The notes under the pieces were generated by a model, which did no database searches, was not told the DNA's origin, and was given only the letters and a program-made list of their open reading frames with translations. A stretch of 63,936 bases of DNA, counting the filler, from Conidiobolus incongruus B7586 (Eukaryota): NCBI GenBank assembly GCA_000697335.1. It is 8 parts of 8 records of this genome, joined end to end, with 100 filler letters (N's around TTAATTAATTAA, not from the genome) between each part and the next. Parts side by side here need not be neighbours in the genome. Positions count along the whole stretch, not along the records: positions 39,510 to 52,470 come from JNEM01006278.1; positions 52,571 to 60,490 come from JNEM01006283.1; 6 more parts are not named here. One strand, written 5' to 3'. The position numbers and the translations under genes were made by a program. Of this stretch, positions 40,521-54,183 are shown piece by piece. Within the stretch, counting starts at the first letter, position 1. Each line of letters opens with the position of its first letter.

Positions 40521-41579
40521 ATTTTTTTCTCAAAAAAGATATGAAATGAATATAAATTGTGTAATTCTTTTAAGATTGTTAATTTAAGAAAATTAATATA
40601 TAACTGTTAGTTTCACTTTGTGATAATGATTTCATTGATATTGCATAATTATATTAGGTGTATAAACTATGAAAATCGCTATCATTTTAAAAATAAATTG
40701 AAATAAACAACATTATTAGAAAATTCAACAATTTTAAAATATTAATACTATAATAAACTATTCAATGATTATGATCATCATACATGCTGTTTGTATTTGG
40801 AATAATAATATTTGATTAATCTTTTATATTAATATGATTACAAATTGAGATTCTAGACTTGGAGATGATTTTATAAATAATAGAAAAGGAATTTGAAAAA
40901 AAAATCTTGTGATCTATGCCAATTATCATATATTTAATTAAATTATAAATTTTTATATTTTAATAATTCAATATTACATATTTCATCTATTAAGTATCAT
41001 TATTTTTACAATTTGAATAACATTTTTTAGCAATTTCCATATCAAAAATAAAATCTAATAACCCTAAAATATAAACAATAGCCTTATCAATTGTTAATAA
41101 GTTAGACCAATAAATTACTAGAAAAATCAATCTTTGACATGAATAGGCAAATTTATAAAACTATAAAACTAGATATGACAAACGATTTAGGGGCTTGATA
41201 TTCGACTCCATCCATCAATTCGTGTACATGACTATGAAACAAATTACAACATTTTTTCAAAATTCTAGTAACTCGATAAATTATCACAGTTGATATATTT
41301 CGGAAAATATCTCTACTTGATGATTTCTAATTTTAGTAGTTTTTGGAGATTTTAATTTGCTAGTTGAAATAATTTTGACGAATGGAGGATATATATAACT
41401 TAATATATTTTTTAAATTGTAATGGCAAATTTATCTTAAATATATTAGATGTTTAATTATTGAATACATAATATATTAATACATATTAAAAAATATTACA
41501 AATGATAACTAAGATATATATAAATATTTATTATTTTTATATTAAAGTTTAAGCAAATTGAAATAATATCAAGTTTGAA

Positions 41580-41680
41580 AATTCCAATCAAGTCGATCAA
41601 TTCGCATCAGTTCAAGAAAAACCAATCAAACACCAATCACAGCACAATCTTAGTCCTATTGATTGAACATTGTTTGGTTT
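41580..41680 (+). promoter_or_regulatory. Cluster of CCAAT boxes upstream of the Ras gene
   Basis: CCAATCA occurs three times (~41584, 41622, 41633), 270-320 bp upstream of the ATG. Confidence 0.4.
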
Positions 41681-41899
41681 CAAAAGTTCCATTAATCACC
41701 AACATCACTAATATTCATTAAATGATTCAGAACTGAAACCTAATTGATTTGGTATATAAATGATTAGAATATTGTCAATATCTATGTTTTTATTTCCCAT
41801 TGTTTATTATTTATATCAATATCATCCTTTAACATCCATTATCATATAGTTTTCATTATATCTTATATTACATATTGGAAAATTTAATACAAATTTGTA

Positions 41900-42799
41900 A
41901 TGGCTTCGTATTTATCAACGCCCAAATTTAAAGAGTATAAAATTACTCTGTTGGGTATTGGAGGTAATTTTATATTAATTTATATATTAGAATTGATGTT
42001 TACTAATCGGATTTTTAGGTGCTGGTAAATCTGCCATAACGATTCAGTTCATTAGAAATCAGTTTGTTGAAGAGTATGATCCAACTATTGAAGGTGATAT
42101 TTTATCGAATTCATTATATATTTGATCATCATTAATATTAGAATTATTTAGATTCTTATAACAAACAATGTGTAATTGATCAAGAAGTTTGCGACCTTGA
42201 AATTTTGGATACTGCCGGTCAAGAAGAATATAAGTAAATATTAAAATATTTGCAATAAATTATTAACTAACTTGAATTTTTTTAGTGCTATGCGAGATCA
42301 ATACATACGCTCAGGGCACGGTTTTATCATCGTATACAGCATTGACCAATTAGATAGTTTCAAAGAAGCTATCAGCATTTATCAAAGGATTTGCATAGTC
42401 AAAGAATCTCGTCGAGTACCAGTAGTCCTAGTAGGCAACAAGTGCGACCTGACGGAATCCCGTCGAGTTACCAAGTATCAAGCAGAACTTATGGCTCGAA
42501 ATTGGCACTGTCCTTTTTATGAAACATCAGCCAAGTTCAGGATCAATATTGATGAGGTATTTTATGATTTGTGTCGACAGATCCGCAAAGATTGGTACCA
42601 GTTGGGATTAACACCTAATTCACCCTATCCTCCTTCATCAAGCGAAAGAAAGAGGGGCTCTCATTCTCAATCGGTACCCTCTTCTGCTAATAGATCATTT
42701 CATTCGGAAAAGTCAGTTATTCCCAATGAACGAAGAGAATGTGAGACTGCTGAAGAAGTTGAAGAAGTTAATTTGTTAGGATGTTGTATTATAATGTAA
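41900..42799 (+). CDS. Ras-family small GTPase, 4 exons
   Basis: Spliced sequence: [21 protein letters not shown]...[11 protein letters not shown]...[16 protein letters not shown]...NKCD...ETSAK, ending in the CaaX motif CCIIM. Confidence 0.95.
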
Positions 42800-44340
42800 C
42801 TATTCATTTATTATTATCAATTTATTCAATTCATTACAAAATTCCAAAAGTTTTTTCTATCATAATCATTTAATAAATTAATATGTAATCATAATAATCA
42901 AATTTTTTATTTTTCATATAATAATAAGTTGTGACAGATATCCAAACCATGTTTTATGTTAGTCAAAATTCATTTTAAATAATTCATATTAAAACGCATA
43001 TTAATAATTAATAAAGATTCTTAGAATATCAAAATATTCTAACTGTTTAAGCTATTTATTTGATAACAATTCCAAATAATTCATTTATGTTTCTATGATC
43101 GAATTAATTGAAATTTTGTCAAAAATTTTCAGAAAATATTGAAGTAATTTGAATATTAGACTTAATTAGTGGTTATAATATAATTAAAGTTCTATCTTTG
43201 TACTTTAATTACCAATACAGTAATATAATTTTAATAATATATTTTACAATTATTTATTTTAGTTTATATAAAAAAATTAATCATTATTAAGTTTATTACT
43301 TTTTACTCATTTTTATAAACACTTACAATTTAAAATTATACCATGAAAAGAATAAACTAAATAATTGAATTAATTTAATTGATTTTATTATTCAAATGAT
43401 AAATTAGAGATTATACAATATTAATAGTTAAATATTATTTTTGATTTGAAATATTGTATTGACTTCAAAATTAGAGTTTACCAGAATATAGAAATTTGTA
43501 AAATATTATTAAATATAATTTAATCATATGGTGATATTAGATAAAAACAAAATATACATCAGTCTCATTAGTTTTATACTTTTCAAATAATATGACATAT
43601 ATAAAATTAATACGGAGAAAAAACACATATCTAAATTTATGAAGTTGATCAATTTTAATTTAAACAAAATCAAATAGTTCAATATAAAATGAATATTTAA
43701 TTTAATAAAAAACTCAATATTGTAATACAAATTTATTATATTCAAAATATGGATAAACTGAAACGTGAAAGAGGTATTTAAGATATCTGATATTAATGAA
43801 TTACTTAAATGGACTGCAAATTTGATATTATAGATTGTTTCATCAAGAACATCACAAATAGGATTTATTTGTGATTTTACCCATTATCTAAATTAAATCA
43901 GTTAATTAACTCGAAAAATAATCTAGAAACCCTGAATTGATATTAATGAGAATAGAATTATATTTTGCTAAATGGAATAAGAACTATATAGACATGTTTT
44001 TTTAATTCATTAAATTTTAGTGCATATATTAGGTCTTATAAAATTTAAAACAAATATATATTTAATGTATATCGCATCTTTATTTGAAAATTAGAGTAAA
44101 ATTAATTAACATTAAATATTATAACATAATATTTTCATCAAATAACATAGATAAACAATTAACTAATTAAAAAGTCAATTTGATAGTCACATGTTGATTA
44201 AAAAGATACCCATAAAATGGATAATGATTAACCATTAACCGAGTATAAAAATATATGGATTCAAAACAAATCAATATCAAGTTAGCAACTTTAATAAATA
44301 TTACTATACTTATAAATCTTTAAATCAGTAATCTTTATAT

Positions 44341-46688
44341 ATGACATCTACATTTATAAACAGTTCTAAAGATTCTCAAGTGAAGCCAATTGGTAGAATA
44401 CTCTCAATCCCTGTTGAAAACTCTAAAAATCAAAGTAGTTCTGGTAATTCAAAATTAAGTCAATTTGTATATTAACTAATGAAACTGTTTAATTAGCTAT
44501 TTACGCCTCTGCTTTATACCCAACTAGGCTAAATGAGTTACCTTTGAACTTTCCTCAAACTCCTTTCCAGATATTTTTACAGAGTACATAATTGTCAATA
44601 TGATTCAAGATTTGTTTATTAAATTATTGATTTAGGTGTCCATAAATTCCCCAACCAACCTTTTTTAGGAAGGACCAGCTTAGAGGCTCCAGTTCAATAT
44701 AAGTGGACTACATATCGCGAGCTATATAATCGTGTTATCAAATTTGGATCTTTCTTACCTAAATTGAACAATCATTTTAGTCTTGATAACAAAAATCAAC
44801 TGGTAATTCTTGGAACACCCCAACCTGAGTGGATATTGGTTGATTTAGCATGTCAAGCTTACAGTTGGCAAACATTAACTCTCTTTGAAAATTTTTCTAT
44901 TTCAGTTTTGAAAAATTTGTCTCAAACTATCGACTGTCCAGTTGCAGTTTGTGACTTGAAAAGAGTTGCCAACTTACTCAGTGTAAGTGATCAATGGAAT
45001 AATTTAAAGCTTATCATTTGCATGAGTCCAATTGATAGATTTAACAAACTTCACTTTACTCATTTGATATCATGGGCGAAAGAAAAGGGATTGATTTTGG
45101 TTAGTTTGCAGGAGTTGGAGAATATGGGTACCTTATCATCCAACCCCTCATTCAAAGCTTTCCAACCAAAGCATGTATCTACTGTTGGGTTTACCCAAGG
45201 TACAACTGATCTTCCCAAAGGAATACAATTTACAGGATACCAGCTTGCTTTCTCAACTTATGCAATCTCAAAGCATTTAGGTGAATATTATAATCAGTCT
45301 AGTGTTGAATATACACACTTATCATACGCCAATTTAAATGCGCGAGTTGGACTTTACCACATCATGAGCATTGGTGGCAGAGTTGGATATTATTCCCATA
45401 GAGAAGAAGGTTTAAGTCGCATGCAAATTGACTGTAAGCAACTTGCTCCAACTCACATGAGAACTACTACCAAGACTTTGGAACAAATCTACAAACAAAT
45501 AGTTGACATTATTCAAAGTGACAAAGTTATTCATCAACAGTACAAGAGACTGTTGGATTATACATTAGAATTCCGTCTCAATTATCACGAATCCAATCCC
45601 GATTTCAAAACTTATATGATCAGTAAACTCTTTTCAGCCCTTACTGTCAAATTTCAGTTCTGGTTCGGTTACAGATTGAAATACATCTTTTGTATCGGTG
45701 CACCTGTATCTGCCAAAGTTCAGCAATTACTCGAGCTACTTATGAATGTTACAATTGTCCAAGGATACACTTCTACAGAAACTTGTGGTATCGTACTCTG
45801 TACCCAACCATCCGATTCCAAAGATTGTTATGGTACCACTGGTGGTGTTATCCCTGGACTGGAAGTCAAGTTGGTTGATTGTCCTGATCTTGGATACTTC
45901 GTAAACGGTTCTGACTCCTGTCGCGGCGAGTTATGGGTTAGAGGTCCCAGTGTCGGTCTCAAATACTATAATACCAAGAATTCAATTCTTAATGAAGGAA
46001 GCTTTTCTGGAGGCTGGTACAAGACTGGAGATATTGCAGAGATTAATACTTATCGTAAAGTTTATCCACTTTATAATATTACAATTTAACTCATTCATTG
46101 TATTTCAGGTGGTACATTTAATATTATTGATAGAAAGAGCAATTTCTTCCAATTAAAAGATGGTAATTTCGTTACAATATAACTATATATACTATGTTTG
46201 AAAAATTACCTCATTTGATATTAGGTCACTATGTAACTCCTGAAAAAATAGAAAAAGAATATTTGAAGAGTCCTCTCATTGATCAAATATACATTCCTCA
46301 GCAAACATCACTAACTGGTATTATTGTTCCCAACCGTAATGAATTTATTCCTTGGCTACATTATACACTCAATGAAGAAATCAATCCTAATGATATTGAA
46401 AAACATTTAAAAGATCAAAGGGTTATAACTCAGTTTTTATCAACAGTTAACTCTAGTATGAAGAGTATGAAGATACTCAAAGACTTTGAACTTTTAAGGA
46501 ATATTATTTTAATTCATAATAGATTTGAGGAAGTAGAGGGCGCTATTTCTCCAACGTAAGTTACATGATCAAATTTTTCTATATTAAATGACTAATTCTT
46601 ATTTAGTTTCAAATTAAAGAGATCTAGTTTATACAAACACTTTTCTAAGCTATTGAATAAGGATCCAGAACCTGAATCTAAATTATGA
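44341..46688 (+). CDS. Divergent long-chain acyl-CoA synthetase-like (ANL family) protein with C-terminal SKL, 7 exons
   Basis: Manual splicing over 6 GT-AG introns. Motifs FTQGTTDLPKG, QGYTSTET, GELWVRGP, WYKTGDIA, IIDRK, GHYVTPEKIE, ISPT/FKLKR; ends ...PEPESKL-TGA. Confidence 0.85.
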
Positions 46689-47070
46689 ATTTTTACAGTT
46701 ATTATGTTTTGATTTTTATTTTTAATAAACTTTACTATACTTATACGTTTAAATTATTAGTAATAATAATGATAATAAAGTATATTAATGAATACTGAGT
46801 GCCTTGATAAATAAATTTGAGAGAATTAAATATTAAATTTTTTATGGCAAATTTAAATAGGACTGCAAAATTGAAAATTATTTAAAATTGACAATCCCAT
46901 AAAACGAATTCCAGAATCCTTAAAATTTATTTGGTCATCACATAATATTACTCCATTAATCATTAATCAAATATAATTTTAACCCTTTAAATCAATCGTT
47001 TAAATAATCCATCCTCCAACTGGTAGAATATAAAAAACCTTCTTTAATCAAAAACAATTAATTTGACATT

Positions 47071-48601
47071 ATGGAATATTTAAACTCAATTCAAAATAAG
47101 AAACGCACTAGGGATCAGGGTAAGTTCATTTTATTCTTATTGTTAACTTCAATACTCAAATGAACTTATTTTTTGCATAATGTAGATGATATTATTGAAG
47201 GAGAGCCAGTAAGCTCACCGTCGCATCATTCTATCGCCGGCGAAGACGATAGTAATGAGGTTGAAAAACAACAAAGCATTATCGAAGAATACAAGTTATG
47301 GAAGAAAAACGCCCCCTTCCTTTATGATTTGGTAGTCACCCATGTTCTAGAGTGGCCAACTCTTACGTGTCAATGGTTTCCAGACTTAGAGGATCAACCT
47401 GACAAAGATTACAACTTGCAACGCGTGCTTTTAGGAACCCAGACAAATGGTGAAGAAAATGAACACGTCATTATTGCTAATATCAAGACACCTAAACAGA
47501 AGAAGAGCAATGATCGACAGGATAGCCAGAGTAATTCAGGGGGCTACGGCGCTTCTGAAGGATGTCGTATTCAAATTTCTCAACGCATCAATCATGCTGG
47601 TGAAGTAAACAGAGCTCGTTATGTTCCTCAAAATCCTGATTTGATAGGTACTGTATCTTCATTAGGTCATGTTAATGTCTTTGATAGAACCAAGCACCCC
47701 AATGATCCCACTCCCGATGGAAAATGTTCTCCTCAGATACGCCTAGAAGGTCATTCTGAAGAGCCTCTTGATCTTGAATGGAATGGATCCAAAGAAGGCC
47801 ATCTTTTGACTTGTGCTAAGGATAAAACAGTGTGCTTATGGGATATCTCTGCATATACCAAAGATACTAATGAACTTGGTCCCGTCCGCACTTTTAACTT
47901 TCACAAAGATGTTGTAGGTGGTATCTCATGGCTGCCTCAATCTCCTAATGTATTTGCATCTTGCTCTGATGATCGCCTCGTTGCTATTTGGGATATTCGT
48001 AAATCTGATCCAAATCCTGCATTCAAAACTGAAGCTCATAAAGCTGAAGTAAACGTCGTTCAATTCAATCCATTTGGTGAATTTTTATTCGCCACAGGTG
48101 GGAATGACGGTATTGTTAGACTTTGGGATTTGAGAAATATCAATTTGCCCTTACATGATCTTGAAGGCCATACCGACTCAGTTGTAAGTATTGGTTGGTC
48201 ACCTATTAATGAAACAATTCTAGCAACAGGCGGTAATGATCGTAGGGTTCATATCTGGGATATCAGTCTTATCGGTATGGAACAGAGCGCCGAAGAAGCT
48301 GAAGATGGTGTACCTGAACTAATGGTAATTATACATTATTATTTATTATATTTATTTTTCTAAAGAAACTATTAGTTTATCCACGGAGGACATACTGATC
48401 CTATCACTGATCTTTCTTGGAACCCTCATCAACCCTGGACTTTAGCCACTAGCAGCTCCGGGAATAGCTTCCACTATTGGCAAATGGTAAATGATTAAAA
48501 TCAATTCAATGTAATATTTTAACATGTTACAATATTTATAGGCTTCTAATATTTATGAAACCGAAGAAATATCCAAATTACCATCAAATCAATTGCAATA
48601 A
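47071..48601 (+). CDS. Histone-binding WD40 protein, RBBP4/MSI1/Hat2 family, 4 exons
   Basis: EEYKLWKKNAPFLYDLV...LEWPTLTCQW, HAGEVNRARY, WD repeats, EDGVPELM/FIHGGHT and ..WQM/ASNIY. Confidence 0.95.
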
Positions 48602-49500
48602 TTGATACTAAATAATTTTCACTAACTTAGCCTTTTTTTTCAAGTTAATACTAGAAGTCAAATCATTTTCTCAATAAAATTTTAATAATGTAGTTCCGAT
48701 CTAAATTAATTTCTTTTTTATATTTTGGGTTTTTTCAACAATGTTTGATCCACTCAATCATTTTGGATATACTACATCGTATCTTATTTTATTAAAAGAT
48801 TTAAACTGTATTTTTCTATTATTTCATTTAAATAATTCACACAAATATAAGAACAAAAATATTGAGCTAATTATTTCAAATAAAATTTGAAAACACTTCA
48901 TATTTAAAGTTTAAATAAACTCTTGTTGTTTATTATGATTTCATAATAATTATTGATACTGTTGTATTCCAAAAACACCCGTTTGTCTCAATTCGATACT
49001 TAAGTCCATATTACCTCCAATTATAGTGGATTTGTTGGTCCATAACCAAATGTTGTTCTTTAGTTCCTTTTATTAGAATTTAACCAAATCCTATGTCACT
49101 CATTGGATGAATTACTTAATCCCAAAGTAATAAGGATAGAAGGGGATTCTAATTATTTCTAGATATTCTGCTACAATATCTCAACAATAAGCAAGTTTTA
49201 AGACATACAGTCCCAATACGTTAAAGAGAAGGATCAATAAATAATTTACTAAATTGTATTACAACTACTTTTCTAACAATGATCTTTACAAAAATTATTA
49301 TAAAATGCAACAACAGTAACATTAAAGAATTATATGATCACATTTTTAGATTGTTGTTTTGATATTAAACTATTCAAGTTTAAAAATTTAAAATTGAAAA
49401 ATTCAAAGATTGTATTATGTTATAGTATATAATCAAAGTAAACACTATAGAATTGATAATGTCAAATGGTTATTTTAGATATTGATTTATTTTTCAAAAT

Positions 49501-50961
49501 TCATAAAGTATATTGAAAAGTTCTCATATCAAATTCTTCACCATTATATGCTTGAGATTGAGTATTGTCGATCATTGCCAAATTTCTCAATTTTTGGTTT
49601 TCTCTCTTTAATAGCTGCTGATTGATTAGAGCGAATAGGATGCTAACAAATATCAAACACAGGTTCGTTATATGACTGTTGGTATAATAAGGAGCTTCAT
49701 AATTACGATATAACTGACCACTTATTACACCTCCCAGATTTCCAAAGCTAACAACCATTGCAAGAGCAACCCCTGATTTTGTACTTCCTACCATATTATT
49801 GCTGGCCCATGCCAAACATATCGGCACTGCGGTCGTCGTTCCCATAACTATTAAGAATGCAGAACAATAGAGAGCAGTTTGGTTTCTTAGGAATATCATT
49901 AAAATAAATCCCATACTTGCAATAAAAAGTGGGGCGATACAATGAAAACAACGCTCTCTTGCTTTATCAGAATGCAAAGTAACTAAAATTGTGCTAATAA
50001 ACGCTACGCCAAATGGAGGTGAAACTAATAACATAGTAGTGATTGCTGAGAAACCCATTCCTTTGATAATTGTAGGTAGTAAATGTGAGATAGCAGATAG
50101 AGCAATATGAAAACCAAAATAGATGACCATAAACATCCATACCTTGTAATCAGTTATCGCTTCCTTGAATCCCTTCAGTGAAAACTCTTTTGTCGATGAA
50201 TTAGTATGATCTTGTAATAGTATTTCATCAATGACTGTCTTCTCTTCATTGGTTAGGAATTTGGCATCTTTTGGAAAGGAAGGAAAGAAAATCCAAGTAA
50301 TAACGCCCAAAACAACCGAAGGTAGACCTTCGATCAAGAAAATCCATCGCCATGCAGCCAATCCACCAACGCCATCCAACTCACTGATTGCATATCCTAA
50401 TATCCCACTAAATGCACCAGCCAGGGCAGACGAAGAATAAAAAAATCCTATTCGTGCTCCTAACTGGCCTCTCGTATACCAAAACGATAATATATATACC
50501 AGTCCAGGTGCCAGTCCAGCTTCGGCCATCCCTAGAAAAAATCTTCCGGCCATCAAGCCACCAAAATTGGTAACTGCAGCCAGACACATACCAATGATGC
50601 CCCATGTTATTATTATCCGAGCCATCCAAATCCTAGGAGTAAACATCTTAATACAAATATTCCCCGGAATCTCGAACAGAATATATCCCACAAAAAAAAT
50701 TGATAGTGCCCAACTGAATTCTGCCTGTGACAGGTTTAAGTCGCGCTCCAAGTGATACAGTCTTGCAGTTCCAATATTTACCCTGTCCAAATAACAAACT
50801 AGATAAATTGCTGTAATAAAAGGAATTAGTCTTATGTCAATCTTATAAGTGATATTCTTCAACCGGGTAATATTATCTATCAATATATTGTCCTTATCAT
50901 GATCGCTGCAATCTTTGATGGTCACGCAATCGTCTTGTTTAAATTTATTATTTCTATCCAT
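49501..50961 (-). CDS. MFS transporter, anion:cation symporter family (Tna1/Dal5-like), intronless
   Basis: KIDIRLIP...YLDRVNIG, RFFLGMAEAG, WYTR, WRWIFLIEG and APYY motifs. First ATG is at 50961. Confidence 0.93.
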   Translation of the reverse strand: MDRNNKFKQDDCVTIKDCSDHDKDNILIDNITRLKNITYKIDIRLIPFITAIYLVCYLDRVNIGTARLYHLERDLNLSQAEFSWALSIFFVGYILFEIPGNICIKMFTPRIWMARIIITWGIIGMCLAAVTNFGGLMAGRFFLGMAEAGLAPGLVYILSFWYTRGQLGARIGFFYSSSALAGAFSGILGYAISELDGVGGLAAWRWIFLIEGLPSVVLGVITWIFFPSFPKDAKFLTNEEKTVIDEILLQDHTNSSTKEFSLKGFKEAITDYKVWMFMVIYFGFHIALSAISHLLPTIIKGMGFSAITTMLLVSPPFGVAFISTILVTLHSDKARERCFHCIAPLFIASMGFILMIFLRNQTALYCSAFLIVMGTTTAVPICLAWASNNMVGSTKSGVALAMVVSFGNLGGVISGQLYRNYEAPYYTNSHITNLCLIFVSILFALINQQLLKRENQKLRNLAMIDNTQSQAYNGEEFDMRTFQYTL

Positions 50962-53324
50962 ATTACTTAATAGCAAAGTTGTTTGATTCCAATGAAGCGG
51001 TTTAAATAGTGCCAAATTTGCATAATACAAATTTGTTTAAAGTTATGATATTAGACCCGCGTGAAATTGAATTACAATTTTTCAATTATAAAATTTTACC
51101 TCCATTATTTACTAAAATGGTAATGTTCTCAATAAATTCAAATTATATTCTCCAAAACATTAATAAAATATATAATAAAATCAATGTGATTAACCAATTC
51201 AAAAAGGTTTTAAAAATATATTTATGATATGTTATTTTTAACTCAAAAATTTTAATATTTTACAGATATTTAATATAATTTAGATTTTCAATTTGTGAGT
51301 ATTTTTTTAATTGTCAAATTATATCAGAATAATTGTTTTTAAATAATGGTGTTTATTTTTTACAATGCATTATAATGAGTAATATATTATATATAAGGAT
51401 TCATATAAAAAATCCAAAGCCCCTGTAATCTTAATATTAAATTTATTTTAAAAAAATCAAAATAACAAGCATCAAAATAAATTCATAAATCATCAATACT
51501 TTGATAAGATTTGATCCAAATAAAGTGATTATAAATTATTTTATATTAGCCCAAAAAAATGATTTTGTCAAAATCTTTGTTAATACTCATTATTTTAAAA
51601 AAATTTTCAAGTGTTGTAACGTTAATATGAGAATATATAAGATCATGACTTTATATATATTTATATTGAAAATATAAGCATTATAATATGCATGATATTT
51701 TATTATCAGATCAATATATTATTAATCATCATAATCACCATAAATATATAGTCAATTTTTATTAAAACACTATCAAAATATTTTCAGATGGAATTATTTC
51801 AAGAATCATATATAATTATATTAAATTTAAATTAACTCATTCAAAAATTTGGATTTGTTTTAATAAAATACAAAGTGTAATTACAGATATAGAAATAACA
51901 TACTTACAAAACTTTATTCTAAGTTAATATAGTATAAAATTGATTAATATGGATTTTAGCAAAATTTCAATATTATGTGAACTATAAAACCCTATATATA
52001 TTAACTACGAGCTAATTTTCAATTTTCAAAATATAATATAAATTTAAATATATAATTAATATTATTAGGGATTTTTAGCTAAAAATTATTATAAAGGCAT
52101 TATTATTTGAAATATTTTATTGTTATTATTATTATTAAGAGATTAGTTTTTTATATTCTTATATATATTTTTTTAAGTAATTTATTTAAATATAATTATA
52201 TAATTCATTTGTACTTTTATAGCTAAATAAAATATATAAATAATATTGAATAATTCAATAAACTAGGTTTTTCTTTTTTTTCTCAATACTTATTACTTTT
52301 TATTTTTTAATTAATATTTAAAGTCGAGATTATATTTTATTAATACTATAATATATTAACACTATTTAATATAAATCTTAATATATTAGTGATTTATTTT
52401 TATTTAAAATTTTATTATACTTTATTTATATTTCTATATTATATTATTATATTCTATATTATGTTAGTTTNNNNNNNNNNNNNNNNNNNNNNNNNNNNNN
52501 NNNNNNNNNNNNNNTTAATTAATTAANNNNNNNNNNNNNNNNNNNNNNNNNNNNNNNNNNNNNNNNNNNNATTATCAATTAATATTAGTATTAAATTAAA
52601 AATATTATATATATAAACTTATATAGCAATTGTTGAGATTCAATATAATATTTTGATATATATAAATAAAAGTTATATAACCATACTAATTATAAATAAA
52701 CTTTAATATAAAATTTACTTATATATCTAATATTATTTTTCTTCTAAATATATAATTAAAATAAATAGGTATTTTTGAAAAATTCATCTTATTTTATCAA
52801 TAATTAATAATATCAATATAGGTTAATGTTTTAAATTATAACAATTTGAAATTTATTTTATAGATTTAGAATAATATTTTTATTATTAAAAAGTATAATT
52901 GAATAAAGCATATTCTTTAACAGTTGCTTATTAAATTAAATTATTTTAATGGGTTTATGCTTAAACTTTAATAATATTTAAATAAAAGTATTTTTAATAA
53001 TGATTATTTAATTAAAACATAATTAAATTTAATAATATATATTTAAATGAAAATATTATTTAAATATATCCTATATATATATATCGTCTAACTCTATAAA
53101 TTCTCATATTTATTTTGTATATAGTTTTTTTTCTATACTATATAGTTTGATTTAAGAATCAGAAATTAAAAAATTTTCCGTTTTTTCATTGTGAAATCGT
53201 ACATGAGGTAGAATTTATACTGTTTAATCAACTGATTGATGCATAGTTTAATAAGTAATACAGGCATAGATAATAATTTGGACAAAGTATTAGTAAAAAT
53301 ATAAACATGATAGATTGAATAATT

Positions 53325-54100
53325 CAAAAGTAGAAATTAGAGTGATAGAAGTATTTTCCACGAGCTTTGCTCTTAGAAGATGACTCTGATTCGGATTCAT
53401 TTTCTGAATCTGATTCTTCCTGTGATTAATTGCCACTAAAAATATATCATCAACGAAAATTAGGCATGAATATTATTGAAGTAGTTACTACCTATTTAGA
53501 AGTCGTTTAGCTGGAGCTTTAACAACTTGAGAAGTATAAGAGTTTTTCCAATTTAAATATAAAGTTAATAACCAGAAAATATATATGAATAAAATCAATA
53601 TACATGAAGTAACAGCAAATTTGACATCACTAACCGCTTGTTTAGTTTACTCAATATATATGCCATATTCAAGTCGAATTTATTCAACAGGAGGAGGTTT
53701 TAATTTCATTTCGATTTTGGTTTTAACCTATTCCTTCTTTTTTTATAATTCGATCTTCTTCTCTTGGTATTCGGCTAATTTTTTGGGATCATTAATGGTT
53801 TTCAATCTGCCAGATAAATCTCTGCAACTTTCAAAGTTGGCAGTTTGTTAAGTACACATTTTCCCATGCTTGGACTTTAGCTGACTACTAAACTTTCCTT
53901 TATCTCCCAAACCTTTAAACTTAACCAGAATAGTATGTAAATCATTTTCAAAATAGATATCTACATAAATGAATAAGATGAATTAATATAAAAGTTTAGA
54001 AGAACAATTTATTTATTCAGAAATTATTTGATGAATGGAATTGACAGGAATTATTTTTTTGGCATAATGAAATATAAATGAATGGAACTAGAATAAGAAA
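53325..54100 (-). pseudogene. SDE2: SDE2 (ubiquitin-fold splicing/replication-stress factor) pseudogene
   Basis: The minus frame over 53940-53600 reads GLGDKGKFSSQLKSKHGKMCT*QTANFESCRDLSGRLKTINDPKKLAEY..., matching SDE2 GGKGGFGSQLR...NFEACRDLSGRRL. It has five in-frame stops, downstream intron-like segments and an acidic SESE tail. The 5' boundary is uncertain. Confidence 0.8.
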
Positions 54101-54183
54101 TTTGAAGAAATAATTAATAGTTAACATATATTTTTTATAAACTGTTGTATTGTATTTTATATGCTATTAAAATGATTTATATT

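Noticed and set aside
41190..41212. GGGGCTTGATATTCGACTCC resembling a tRNA T-arm or tmRNA start
   Set aside because: No cloverleaf or matching acceptor stem could be built around it.
21597..54100. Alternative genetic code (TAA/TAG as sense), suggested by the SDE2 and transposase stops and the eRF1 changes
   Set aside because: Intact conserved genes end at TAA in the expected positions and contain no internal TAA/TAG. The stop-containing sequences also carry damaging missense changes.
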